Part shown: one piece after another, positions 1 to 12,188 of the stretch
How positions within the stretch are numbered: position 1 is the first letter of the stretch
Layout of the letters: each line of letters opens with the position of its first letter
Assembly (NCBI RefSeq): GCF_006345805.1
Contig: NC_043011.1
Coordinates: 13,280,464-13,344,463, forward strand
DNA: 64,000 nt
DNA from: Octopus sinensis
Lineage: Eukaryota
Reading direction: 5' to 3'
Translations under genes and position numbers: made by a program
Notes under the pieces: generated by a model
Database searches by the model: none
What the model saw: the letters and a program-made list of their open reading frames with translations, nothing else
Told to the model about the DNA's origin: nothing

Positions 1-290
1 GCTCCAGTCTGATCTGGCAGTGTTTCTACAGCTGAATGCCCTTCTTAACGCCAACCACTCTGTGAGTGTAGTGGGTGCTTTTTATGTGCCAGGCAAGGCT
101 GGCAATGGCCATGATCGAATTGGTGCTTTTTATGTGCCACCGGCACGGAAGCCAGTCAAGGCGGTGCTGGCATCGGCCACGTTCGGATGGTGCTTTTTAT
201 GTGCCACCGGCACGGAAGCCCGTCAAGGCAGCACTGGCATCGGCCACGTTCGGATGGTGCTTTTTACATGCCACTGGCATCTAAGGGATT
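1..290 (-). mobile_element. Repeat family A (RTE LINE 3' UTR fragment)
   Basis: CTCCAGTCTGATCTGGCAG...GGTGCTTTTTATGTGCCACCGGCACG units; cut by the window edge. Confidence 0.85.
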
Positions 291-1083
291 GATGTATCCG
301 TAGGCACTCCTGGTGTATTACCTCACTATGTATGTCCTAGCTATAAGGTATACAGTAGTAGGTAATTTAAAGGTAAAACTGTGGTTCAATATATATGGAA
401 AAAGAAAAGAAATGGAACAATAATGAACAATGAGAAGTTGATCATTGGTATTAAAAAGTCATTATTTAATTGTAGTTTGGAACCATTTACAGCTGTTTCT
501 GTTTATCAAATCAGAGAACCTTGTTACATTTAACAAACATTTTCAGAATGATTTTAAAGGGTAATGAAAGGAAAAGAAAAAGAAAAAGGGAAAAAAGTTT
601 GGGAAGTCTTTAGGCTTACATTTTAGTAACTTGTTGGGCTCCATGTATTTGTAGTTTCCTCCATTAGATGCATAGGGCAGTATGTGGGGACACTTAAGTA
701 CATATATGTGTGTGTGTGTGTATGTATGTATAATATATGTATATTATATATATATATATATATATATTATAAATATATTATATGTATATACATTATTTAC
801 ATTTGACAGATATTTGTCCTGATCTTGTTTGTTGCTAACACCAAACAAGATGAGGACAAATGTAAATAAAGAACAATTACAACTTTTCACCCTTATTATT
901 TATTTTTAAATAACCATGTTCTCTAACTGGCAAAATTCACTGCAGAATTATTTCCGGTATTTTGGCACGCCAAAATGAAGACTTTTGAAATATAACCTCA
1001 AATGTAATTGGTAGAACTCTATGCATGTCCAATCTCATGCGGACATCTCGTGTATAGTTCTGCAAACTATATTTTGCTATGAC

Positions 1084-1156
1084 AATTACACTGATGAATT
1101 GCGGACATTTACGTAAGTATTATGTAAGTGGTAACAATGAAACCGGGTTTGTGATT
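1084..1156 (+). ncRNA. Type I minimal hammerhead ribozyme motif (Penelope-like retroelement type)
   Basis: Stem I AATTACA/TGTGATT, core CTGATGA (1091-1097), stem II ATTG/CAAT plus an 11-bp upper hairpin, GAAA (1139-1142), minimal stem III, triplet GTT (1147-1149). Confidence 0.7.
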
Positions 1157-1343
1157 AATCTTTATATTTTGTATCTTTTCATTTGTCTTGCTTGCTTACA
1201 TTCTGGCGTTTGCTGAATTTTCTTGAGAATAATATTTTCTTAGTGGTCAGACAATATGGGGTCTACCTCTAGAATAATGGATGTCCACTTAGTGGTCATC
1301 CCTCTTATATGTATATGTGTATATGTATATATATATTTATATA

Positions 1344-1435
1344 TAGTCATACGATATAGTGTATATTTAAACACATAAGAAATCCACTTATAGGGATTCC
1401 TTATGTGTTTAAACATACACTATATCGTATGACTA
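1344..1435. repeat. 92-nt palindrome (42-bp arms, 2 mismatches, 8-nt loop)
   Basis: Direct comparison of the two arms. Confidence 0.95.
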
Positions 1436-1562
1436 ATATATAGTCTTTTTGACTAATTTTTTTTACATGTTAGACCACTAGAAATGTAAATTTTAATTAA
1501 TTTCCATTTCCCTTTGATATAATTAAATACTATATTTATATATATATGTAGATCTATTTATA

Positions 1563-2792
1563 CTAGTCTGATCAATAAGTATCCGGACAGTTGCCATAAT
1601 AATGCAGTGAAAAGCACACAGAGTGAAGCTGCTTGGCACAGATTGACCTTGAAATCTGCTGTGTATGCGCACTAGGTTTTAACATTCTAGCTCACTTCTG
1701 CTGTTTACGGCAGTGCTTGGAAGGAAGGTGTGTAGCGTGTGATCATCACAATGACCATGACAGTGAAAGCTGAGCAGAGAATCTACATGAAATTTTATGA
1801 AAAACTTGGTTATACCAGCTCAGAGACCTACGCAAACATTTCAAAAAGTTTTCTTCATTCCCAACACAATCAAGATCTTATGCAACTGAAATCCAAGCTG
1901 AAAGTGGTTGTGGCACTGAAATCTTCAGTGATAATGGACTGAACTGAACCGTAACAAATCTGCATATCCTCTGATAATTCATGGATGGTCATTTAATAAT
2001 TTCCCCTCACAGCTGTATGCATATCTGCAATGTTTTTCTTAGTTCTGCTGGTTGCAGATCTCCCAGAACGTTCGTCAATATCGACATTTTTTCAGCCATC
2101 TTGGAAACGTCTGAACCACTTGTACACTTGTGTGTGGCTCATACATTCCTCTCCATACACTTTGTGCAACTTTGCTAGGCCTCTGAGCAGGTATCAAGCT
2201 GACAACTTTCTGTCATGTGACGATTACATGCAACACACCTTCCTTCCAAGCACTGCTGTAAACAGTGAAGTGAGCTAGAATGTTAAAACTTAGTGCACAG
2301 GCACAGGAGTGGCTGTGTGGTAAGTAGCTTGTTTACCAACCACATGGTTCCGGGTTCAGTCCCACTGCGTTGCACCTTGGGCAAGTGTCTTCTACTATAG
2401 CCTTGGGCCGACCAAAGCCTTGTGAGTGGATTTGGTAGACGGAAACTGTAAGAAGCCCGTCGTATATATATATATGTGTGCATGTATGTTTGTGTTTGTC
2501 CCCCTAGCATTGCTTGACAACCAATGCTGGTGTGTTTATGTCCCCGTAACTTAGCGGTTCGGCAAAAGAGACCGATAGCATAAGTACTAGGCTTACAAAG
2601 AATAAGTCCTGGAGTCGAATTGCTCGACTAAAGGCAGTGCTGCAGCATGGCCGCAGTCAAATGACTGAAACAAGTAAAAGAGTAAAGAGTATATACAGCA
2701 GTGTTTGAGGTCAATCTTTACCTAGTGGCTTTACTCTGCATGATTTAGCTTCATTACTATGGCAACAGTCCAGATACTTATTGATCAGACCT

Positions 2793-2794
<2 letters not shown>
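1563..2794. mobile_element. Mariner-derived foldback element (two 5' ends head-to-head) with a nested SINE
   Basis: Termini (C)TAGTCTGATCAATAAGTATCCGGAC and its complement, TA flanks; transposase N-terminal remnants on both strands (EQRIYMKFYEKLG on +; YGEECMSHTQVYKWFRRF...ERSGR on -). Confidence 0.85.
2303..2690 (+). mobile_element. tRNA-derived SINE, family B (GGAGTGGCTGTGTGGTAAG...CAGTCAAATGACTG...TAAAAGAG tail), inserted in the mariner element
   Basis: A/B-box-like head, central (TA/TG)n, repeated tail; at least 5 further copies in the window. Confidence 0.9.
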
Positions 2795-2837
<43 letters not shown>

Positions 2838-3799
2838 TATATATATTATATATATATATATTATATATATATATGTATAATTGTACCTTATACAATTATA
2901 TATCTTTAGATATGTATTTTACCTAAAAGGTTGTTTTTTTTATTTACTGGCCACTGATAAAATTCATTCATTTTAATGATTTTATATATATATATACACA
3001 TATATATTGGCATATATATATATATATATATATTGGCATAGCCGCCAAGCATGATCACTAAATCCACAAGTTTTTTTTTACTTTCTCTTATTCCTTTCTG
3101 TTGAAGAGAGTAGGCTCAAGTCGTAAAAGACTTTCTCACTTTCCAACAAGTCAAACTAATACACGCCCTTGTTGTTCATACACCTGTCTTTTTCTTGTGC
3201 TTTTCTGTAAATTTCAGCTATATATAAGTACATATATATATATATGTATACATATAAAGACATATACATACATTATTATCATCATTATTCAATGTCTGTT
3301 TTCCATGCTGGCATGGATGGAACGATTTGACAGGAACTGGCCAGCTGGGGAGCTGCCCAAGTTCTATTATGGTAGGGTTTCTACAGCTGGTTGACCTCCC
3401 TAATACTAACCACTTTTTACATGTCCCCACTCCCAGCCCCAGCATGGGCACTATTATGTGACACCAGCACTCAAGCTCTGAAGAGAAGGAGCTGTAGACT
3501 GAAAGAGGAATGTAGAAGACATACGTGTATATATAGCAGCCACAGTTTTACTTAGCTTGATGTATATATGTCAAGCTATATATGTGTATATGTGTGTGGT
3601 AATTGTATGTACACAAACCCATCACTGCTGGCTTTGTACTCACTTTTATTTTTTTTTTGCTTTTTGCTTGGTCCTTATGGTGTGAGAATCTGAAAGAAAT
3701 AGTAGTTCATCAAACAGTAATACTTGAATAACTAGACATGTACAAGCTCCCTTTGCCTGCTGGTAAAGGTTCCCACAAGCCTTCTTCTGTTCAGGTACT

Positions 3800-4260
3800 G
3801 TAAACTGTCCCTATGTCAGCAACTTTAGAGCAGTCGCAATTGGTGTAGGCACCATGGAAGGTAGATCCAATGCGATTGTTAAAATGCTAGAGAGGAGGTA
3901 TGTAAACGTGTGCTGTGTGCAAGAAATAAGTTGAAGAGGAGCCTCAACCAGGCTTTTTGCAGGTAAGGAACATAGGTATAAATACTGGGTAGGCATTAGT
4001 GATTTTGTGGTGTTTTTCAAAATATGACAGCAACAGCTGGTTCTGCATATACTCCAAAATTTGGACTGACAGATGATGCCTCTTTGGCAATTACCTCTAC
4101 GATGAATGACAATGACTTTATCATCATAGTTGGTGACTTTAATAGATATACTTAACAGCACCCTGATGGATTCCATGGTATAAATGGGGGTTATAGCTTT
4201 GGTTCAAGAAATGAGAAGGAAATGAGGGTTCTGCGATGCAAGTAATTGATGATGAGCAAC
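3800..4260 (+). mobile_element. RTE LINE apurinic-endonuclease fragment (degenerate)
   Basis: GTMEGRS...MLERRYVNVCCVQE, IIVGDFN, GYSFGSRN motifs with stops. Confidence 0.75.
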
Positions 4261-4266
4261 AGCAGT

Positions 4267-4625
4267 GGAGGCACAATGGCCCCATGGTTAGGGCAGTGGA
4301 CTCGCGGTTTTGATTCCTAGACTGGGCGTTGTGTGTGTTTATTGAGCAAAAACACCTAAAACTCCACGAGGTGCCGGCAGGGGATGGTGGCGATCCCTGC
4401 TGTACTCTTTCGCTCCCAACTTTCTCTCACTATTTCTTCCTGTTTCTTGTCCCCGACTTCCTACGCAACCGCTGAGCCCGGATGCGCATTCATCCATCCG
4501 TTGATGCTCTCAGTGTTGGGGGTTGACCTGCTTTCTCTTCTGCGGGTCTTACAAATAGCAAAGGACCATGTTTCGGACTTCTCTCACTACAGAAGACCGC
4601 TTCGCTCAACATCAGCAACAGCAAT
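4267..4625 (+). mobile_element. tRNA-derived SINE, family C
   Basis: Head GGAGGCACAATGGCCC..GGTTAGGGCAGTGGACTCGCGG; related to the copies at 14397 and 17588. Confidence 0.8.
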
Positions 4626-4814
4626 TTGAGGGAACCAGCCAGCCACCTGATCATATCAATCGAGATTGACTACATCCTCTCCAGAAAATAAAATAAACAG
4701 TTGTGAATGCAAACAAGATCTTTGTGAAGAGGTGTGTTAGAGAAAATCAAACTGTAGGAGAGTAGTGTGCAAGGTACACTTACACAATATGGGTGACTAG
4801 ACCATAACCCACAC

Positions 4815-5125
4815 CACCAGATATTTTAAGCATCTCAGCAGTGATTCCTGATGGGCTAGGGGCTTTTCCTGACTTCATATCCTTAATTGCTTTATCTACC
4901 AGGGTGCTATCAATTCAGGTAGCTGGTCCCTCGACTGGGGTCAACATTTGGCAGGCTCTCCTCCTCCCATTTATTCTCCACATTCAGCAGCCTTTCATAA
5001 TGGCATCTCCAAGCCTTTTTCTTTGCAGAATCATTAAAAGCAAGTGCACCATCATACATGCGGACACATTTCTCTCCTGTAACATCACAATTTTCTCTCA
5101 CACACTGTCTTGCAATTTGACGTCA
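4815..5125 (-). mobile_element. RTE LINE linker and pre-RT fragment
   Basis: AWRCHYERLLNVEN.W and PSPSGITAEMLK motifs. Confidence 0.75.
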
Positions 5126-6901
5126 GGCTTCTTTCAGTTTCCGCCTACCAAATCCACTTAGAAGGCTTTGTTTGGCCCAAAGCTAAAGGAGAAGACACTT
5201 GTGCTCAAGGTGCCACACAGTGGAAGTGAACCTGGAACAATGTGGTTGGGAAGTAAGCTTCTTACCACATGTCTATTCTCAAATACAGAAAGGCTGCATT
5301 TGAGAATTCCTTTATTTTCTATAGCATACTGATACACTTGGTGCCTATGAATTTGTTTGCAAATAAAAATGAATTATATAAAAACATAATAAAATAAGTA
5401 TGTATAAAAAAAAAACTCTCTCCCCTTGAGGGTAATTTCTCCCTTTTATTTTTTTAACAAACCCTATTTTCTCTCTGTCTCTTACACTAAAAACAAACAC
5501 AAGATGACAGCAGCAATCATCACCAGTCAAATTTTACATGCGTATGTGTGTGTATGAGGGATTTCCATACAGATGCTAACTGTAGCTAACATCTACTAAA
5601 TTTTACTTTGAAAACCACATGGCTGTCAATGTAACTTCTTCACTATACAACCATGTAGAAAAGTTAAAACAATATAAGTTATGATATTTTGCATCAACCA
5701 TTAACTGGAAAAAATGTCAAACAAGATGTTACCTTGGTCTATTAGGTAAATTTATGATAAAATATTGAGACCTTCACCAATCAAGAGTGACAGATAATTT
5801 TTATAAGGTTAGAAAATATGAAGATACGACATGTAGTGAATCCAAAAAGAAACTGAAAAATACTTCTCAAAAATATTGGTTTCAAATTTTGGTACAATGC
5901 CAGCAATTCCAAGGAAGAGGGTATGTCAATTACATTAACCCCAGTGCTCAACTGGTACTTATTTTATTGCCCCGCAAAAGATGAAAGGCAAAACCAACCT
6001 CAGCAGAAATTGAACTCAGAGTGTACAGACAAACAAACTGCCACTAGGCATTTTTCCTGGTGTGTTAATGATTTTGCCAGCTTATCACCTTATTTCTTAC
6101 AAATATTGGAAGACTTTTTCACCAGTACATAGTGTCTGCCATGAAGTGAGATAGGATTAGCATTAAAAATAATCTAATATAAAACATAATTACAAGGAGG
6201 CCAATTAGAAAGAAGAAAAAAATAAGAAAGACAGCGACAAATTTAAAGAGTGAAGCAGAATTAATCATCTAATTTCAAAACTAATCGACAAAATATCATC
6301 ATCCTCTCGATCCCCTAATCTATCAACTTCAGTGTTTTATCAAAATCTTTTAATCCCCTTCGTCAATGACCTATCACCATCACTAATCCTATATATTCTT
6401 GTACAGAATATACATTCTTCTTTGTATCTTTTGAATGCATTTTAAAAATACCCATACATGTCAATACTAATTCTGGCATCCTGATACTAATATCAATGTA
6501 TGTAACACAAAATCTCAAAATACTTTAGTATATACTCACAACTGCATTTGTTGTTGATCAGGCACATAAGACGACTCTCAAAATAAAATAATAAAGTTTC
6601 TTACACCAATGTTCAGTTTGGGATTTTAATTAAAAGGGAACAAGTATTTGTACCTTCACCAAGTAAGTGAAAGCAGTTCCAATTGAAAATTAGAACATGG
6701 TTGAAAATTTATCACCTAACTATTGCATATTTCACCAAACTAAATACAAATTTTATTCAAGCACACAGTCAAACATTTTGCCTGTAATACAAGGAAAGTC
6801 AATTAGCTTCAACAAGAAATCAAAACTGGTTTGAGAACCAGTTTCCTGAAAGCTTAGTTATTAATCAACAATGCACACCATCACTGTCTTCATGAATTTA
6901 A

Positions 6902-7120
6902 CCCTTTCATTACCAACCCGGCTGAAACCGGCTCTGGCTCTGAGTACAAATGTCTTGTTTTCATAAGTTTTGAATTAAAATTTACCACCAAACCTTAGTT
7001 ACAATTTATGTTCCTAACACTAGCTTAATGATAACCAAGTTATTTACTAAATTCTTTGTTATATTTAAAGTAATTGAAAGAAACACAGAGCATCTCAAAA
7101 TAAATACAGTGACAAAAGGG
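6902..7120. mobile_element. piggyBac-type MITE
   Basis: TTAA|CCCTTT...AAAGGG|TGAA. Confidence 0.7.
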
Positions 7121-7904
7121 TGAAAGAGAGAAACAGAATTATAATAAATTTGATACTTATTTCGTTGATATAGAGAGTAAAGCTAACCCATGCAAATCTT
7201 GAACTTTTTGTACAGGAATGAAATAACAGTAACTTCACACTTTAGTATTTCTGCAATACCCCTGCCTTCCACTATATTAAAAAAACAAAAAAAAACAAAT
7301 TCTTATGAATAAGAACCAGGGAAATTTTGAAGGAAAAAGTTTTAGTCAATTTCTTGTGTGTTAAAGATAATATATTGGAAGGAATCAATTTGACCGAAGT
7401 CATATCTTGGTGCTTGGTTAATAAAACTGACCCATTAATATTCTATTGACTTCAAATAGAAGAAAAACCAAAGTCATGAAGTACAAAAAAAATTAAACAA
7501 CAATGTATCTCATCTGGCTTTCTGTATCTCCTGCACGTTTATTAATGATAGTGTTCTAATTTTGGCACAAGGTCACACATTTTGAGGCTGGTATAGGTGA
7601 TTGAATTAACTCCCAAGATATTATTGGTACTGAGATTATTGTCATTGAAGTAAGAATGGAAGGGATGTAATTAAATACTACAAAGCTCAACTGTTTCTGC
7701 CAAGAATTAGGGTTTTAAGGAGAGTCCCTTTGCCTATATTGAAAGACATCATCACAGTACTGGATGAAGTGTGAATTTAATTTTCACTACATTGAATTCC
7801 TGAGTTGGAAATAAGTTTTGAATTTTTAACCTCAGCAAAAGGAAATGTTTATACATATTGTAAAATTATGAAAATGAAAGAAATCTGCAAGAGAATATGT
7901 CCTG

Positions 7905-8208
7905 GCCCTCCATCGGTTACTACAACGTTCCAGTTAATTCAATGACAGGAACAGCCTGCTTGTGAAATTAACATGCAAGTGGCTGAGCACTCCACAGACA
8001 CACCTACCCTTGACAATTGTTCTCAGGGTGATTCAGTATGACACAGAATGTCAGAAGGTTGGCCCTTTGAAATACAGGTACAACTCATTTTACCGGCTGA
8101 GCAGACTGGAATAATTGAAATAAAGTACTTAGCTCAAGGACACAAGGCGCTGCCAGGATTCGAACTCACGATCACGAGCCAAATATCCTAACCACTAGAC
8201 CACACACC
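7905..8208 (-). mobile_element. tRNA-derived SINE, family D
   Basis: tRNA-like head on the minus strand; body shared with 20395-20715. Confidence 0.75.
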
Positions 8209-8614
8209 TTCAATCAAAATATATGCAAACAAAGACAATTTTAAAAAATCACTTCCAAAATAAAGAAATGTAATTAAATGATATACAATTGTTAATTACA
8301 TTCCTAATTATACAGTTAAACATTCTAATTATTTATATATAGAACAGATGAAAAATGGGTGCAGTGAAATTCTATGAAAACAAATTTAAACTTCACTGAA
8401 AAAAAAAAAACAACTAAATGTAAAATGTAAGTTTATCTAATTGAAATTATAATTATAATCTGCCAATGATTGGATATGATATGACAAAATTACAAACCAA
8501 ATAAAATAAATATATAAATAAATAGATAGAAAATAATAAACAAATTTGCATTTAAAACTGCCAACTACATATCTTTTGATTAAACAATATAGTTAACTGT
8601 GGGGACGTTTCAAA

Positions 8615-8803
8615 TCACCATCGGATGTCTTTTTGGTATTCTTTAAGTAAACTACAACGTTTGATTGATTCATAGCCAAGAATAATGAAAAAGGAGAAAA
8701 CAACAGATTGAATTACACGTGCAGACAAGCCTTTGAAGGCCATTTTAACACCTTCTTCTTGCCACAAAATTTGAAGTGTTGTTGGAAAACTGCAACCTTC
8801 CAC
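8615..8803 (-). CDS. SLC25A44: SLC25A44-like last coding exon (VEGCSFPTTLQILWQEEGVKMAFKGLSARVIQ...GYESIKRCSLLKEYQKDIRW*)
   Basis: Acceptor ttttcag at 8805-8804, phase 0; matches recalled human VEG...EEG...KGLSARI...GYESLKKLSL...RHW; TGA at 8617-8615. Confidence 0.95.
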   Translation of the reverse strand: MEGCSFPTTLQILWQEEGVKMAFKGLSARVIQSVVFSFFIILGYESIKRCSLLKEYQKDIRW

Positions 8804-8873
8804 CTGAAAATTAAAAAAAAAATGATTTTTTAAAAATGTACATAAATGACAACCTCATAACTAAACACCAATT

Positions 8874-9601
8874 GGATATTTTCGGTTTGAACGGCAGATG
8901 TAACTAAACACTTTTAAACTTCATATACTGGTAGAATGTATTTATAAAACATCTTTTTCTCTTGGCTTTCTTGAGAAAATTCTATGGTTTGTAACATATT
9001 TGTAAGATATTTTCTTCAATTTTGGCAATTTCAACCAATCAATGACGTCTATTGAGGTGAAAACATTATCTGCCGTAAAATATGAAAATGTCCCTCGTTT
9101 AAGAAACAGATTGGGTTTATTTACATTTCTGAAGAAAAAAAGATACCCTTCCCCCACCCCTAACCCTAACCTTAACCCAATCCCTAACCCTAAAACAGAT
9201 TGAAATGCAATAGATCGATACTAGGGCCATAATTATGGGTGGACACTAAAGAGGGAACAGTTTTGTTATCCAGCTCTGTTTACGAGTGACCCCTCAGTTT
9301 ATGGCCACAGGGTATCTTTTTTCTCATAAATAACAGGGACAATTTCATAAGACACTGGAAATAAATGTTGTTGACACACTACGGCAGAAATCGTTTTCAC
9401 CTCAATAGACGTCATTGATTAGTTGAAATTGCCGAAATGCAAGAAATTAAAGACCAAGTATCTTACAAACTATAGAATTTTCTCAAGAAAGCCAAGAGAA
9501 AAAGATGTTTTATAAACACATTCTATCAGTATATGAAGCTTAAAATTTTTTAGTTACATAGAAATTATTTTAAAAAACTGCCGTTCAAGCTGAAAAGATC
9601 C
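8874..9601. mobile_element. Long-TIR MITE with GG...CC termini, 8-bp TSD and internal (TAACCC)n
   Basis: Inverted arms of about 210 bp; TSD CACCAATT/CACCAACT. Confidence 0.85.
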
Positions 9602-10050
9602 CACCAACTTTTCTGTGCTGATATGACAGACTTCATTGTCATCACAGTAACTCTTCTGAGGTATGATAGCATTTTGCATATTAGAATATTTTTTATTGGA
9701 GCAAAAGATTTACAAATATCTGTTCATGCTAATTCAATCTACAGTTTGTGCAGAGAGACCAGAAAATAGAACACAAAACTATGAAAATAAACAATATTTC
9801 ATTGTTCCTCTAATTATTTTTAGACATTTTCAAGTACAGCAGAGCACGGATTTAAATTACTCACATTCTTTCTAGTTTTTTGCACTCCGTTTCCTTTAAC
9901 CTTTAGAAAACAGTTCAAACGCATATAATAGATTTTAGAGGATTAATTTAAAATTCAAGAACTAAAGAAAATCATTTTTGCTGTATTCTCTGTTAAAATA
10001 GCTCAATAAACAATAATGCTGCAGAAAAACACTATCATATGTGATCTAGT

Positions 10051-10564
10051 CATCATCATCATCATTGTTCGACCATGGTCGAAACAATGGAATTTACTAT
10101 GCTATGCCAGACTTCACGGTCCATCATAGCATTACGGAGGTCCTGTTGCTGGATGCCTGTATCCCTGGAGATTACATCAGGGTAGGAGAGTGTGCGCCCT
10201 CTGGTATCGCGAGTAGATTGCTTCCAGAGGAGAAGAGTAGAAATTATCTCGTTTTCTGCTCTACAACAATGTCCAGCAAACTGGACTCTTCTACCTTTCA
10301 CAAGAGATGATACAGGTGGTAGTTTCCCATATATTTGTACTTTGGTTGGATGACGCCTCCACAAGAGATTTTGCGCTCTCATAAGGAGGCAAGTGTAAGT
10401 TCCATCCAACCGCCTCTCAAGCTTCTTTGATAATGTCCAGGTTTCTGAGCCATATAGTAGAATTGGTTCGACTGTGGCTTTGAAGATTTTAAGTTTGAAG
10501 TCTCTACTTAGATTTGATGACCAGATTTATGCATATCATTACAGGCTGACCAGGCCATACCCTT
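10051..10564 (-). mobile_element. 5'-truncated RTE-type LINE (family F) ending in (TGA)n
   Basis: C-terminal ORF ...RRVQFAGHCCRAENE...DREVWHSIVNSIVSTMVEQ*; possible TSD tctagtcat/tctggtcat. Confidence 0.9.
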
Positions 10565-11828
10565 TCTGGTCATACTCTTGAACTGAAATTTCTCTTCAAC
10601 TATTTTTTCAATAACCAACCTGTCCTCAAATGTTCAAAGTGTTTCTGAAGCTAAATTATGAAACAAACTATTGAAGAAACTGTAATTTTTCAATGAATGT
10701 TAACTACCACATATAAAACTTGTTGAAAACATAGCTACACACTAAACTTGTATATATAAAATTCATTTGTCTTTATTTATGATATTGAAACAATCTAATA
10801 TAAACAACACAACATTATATTCAGCAATTCTAACTTATAAATTTTTATCACTTCAGACCCCTGTCTTTTTAAGGATTTATTGTAATGTACTGGCTTAGAC
10901 TTTCCAACTGGATATGACAAAATATTTTCTACACAAAGCAGCGCAATGTGTGAATGTACATTAATTAATAATTCCAAATTTAAGTAGTCTGTTCTTGACC
11001 ATCACATTATTTTCTTGCTTCAATCTGTATCTAATTTGTGCAAGTAATAGTATTTAACTGTAAACAATGTGTGGGAGGGATCACAGCTACAAATTCATTG
11101 AATCTACGTAATTACAGAAAAACAAAAATAAATTGTAGAAAATATAAAAAAACAAAAAACACCATCAAAATCCTATTTTGATAGTTTTATATCATTACAC
11201 CATCACCACTCCCAGCTATCCTGTTACATTCTTCTAACATGATGGTTGTCATATGACTTACTAAGACTGCTAGTGACGCAACCCATCTGCTATTTTTTTT
11301 TTCATAAATTATCACATTAATTTCTTTATAAAAACATGTTGATGAACACTTCCTCTGCACAATAGTAAACCTAACAAGATGACTGAAGCACACTTATCAT
11401 CAAAGCATTCCAGCCATGACCATCCCAGCCATGACCATCCCATCTTATTTTCAGACAATACAACCAGGACTAGATTATCAATTTGTCCTTTTTTTTTTTC
11501 TTTTTGAAATAGTAAAGTATAGTTTGAAGAAATCTGACTACTATTTCTAACATGTCAAGTGAACATGTAGAGGCTCTTTCTGGCAGATACACATCAACAA
11601 CAAGGTAACAAAACAGTTTTAGGCAAAGTTTAAAGGGAAGAACATACTTTCATTAATGGTGTGAATTGGTGAGATTTCTCTTTGCGTACCCTTAACTTAA
11701 ACATTCTATTAATATGGATACTAAAATTAGAATCCATTAATCTATTTTCAAACAGTACTTTTGAATTTGACTTGAGATCAAATAAATATCAAGAAGGATT
11801 TTCCAGCCCTTGGCGACTATATACTGAC

Positions 11829-11956
11829 CTGAATACGGGCACGTATTACATCAAGTGGGTTGGTTATAGTGGAAGCAGATACACCACTCAAACAGGCAGC
11901 TAAACATTGAAGTGTCAACCGAGGAATCCAGTCAGGGGAAGCTGCAGCAAACATAG
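11829..11956 (-). CDS. SLC25A44: SLC25A44-like coding exon 3 (SMFAAASPDWIPRLTLQCLAACLSGVSASTITNPLDVIRARIQ)
   Basis: Not in the ORF track; found by manual translation. Acceptor tttccag at 11958-11957, donor GTCAGT at 11828; 128 nt, phase 1 to phase 0; third carrier signature NPLDVIRARIQ. Confidence 0.95.
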
Positions 11957-12188
11957 CTGGAAATGGAAACAAGTTCTTAGAATTATTGTGCTATAGATGG
12001 ATAAAATGCCAAGGAACATTTAATTCAGCCTAATGTATGAGTGATACCATAGATGAAAAAAATAGCGGATGCCTTGAGAGAAATTAACGCAAAGAATGTA
12101 GTATTTAAAAGATATAGATAAGAAGAGTGTGTCATCTGTTTGGGAATGTATGGGATTAGTGATGATTAACAGTTCATTGATCAACATC

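Noticed and set aside
20-292. Recurrent ORFs such as [14 protein letters not shown]...GAFYVPPA
   Set aside because: Chance frames in the RTE 3' UTR repeat (family A).
5733-5852. Minus-strand 120-nt segment with good acceptor and donor sites
   Set aside because: Stops in all three frames and no supporting neighbouring exons.
9158-9192. Interstitial telomere or chromosome-fusion site
   Set aside because: Short, degenerate and internal to a MITE; also present in the second copy.
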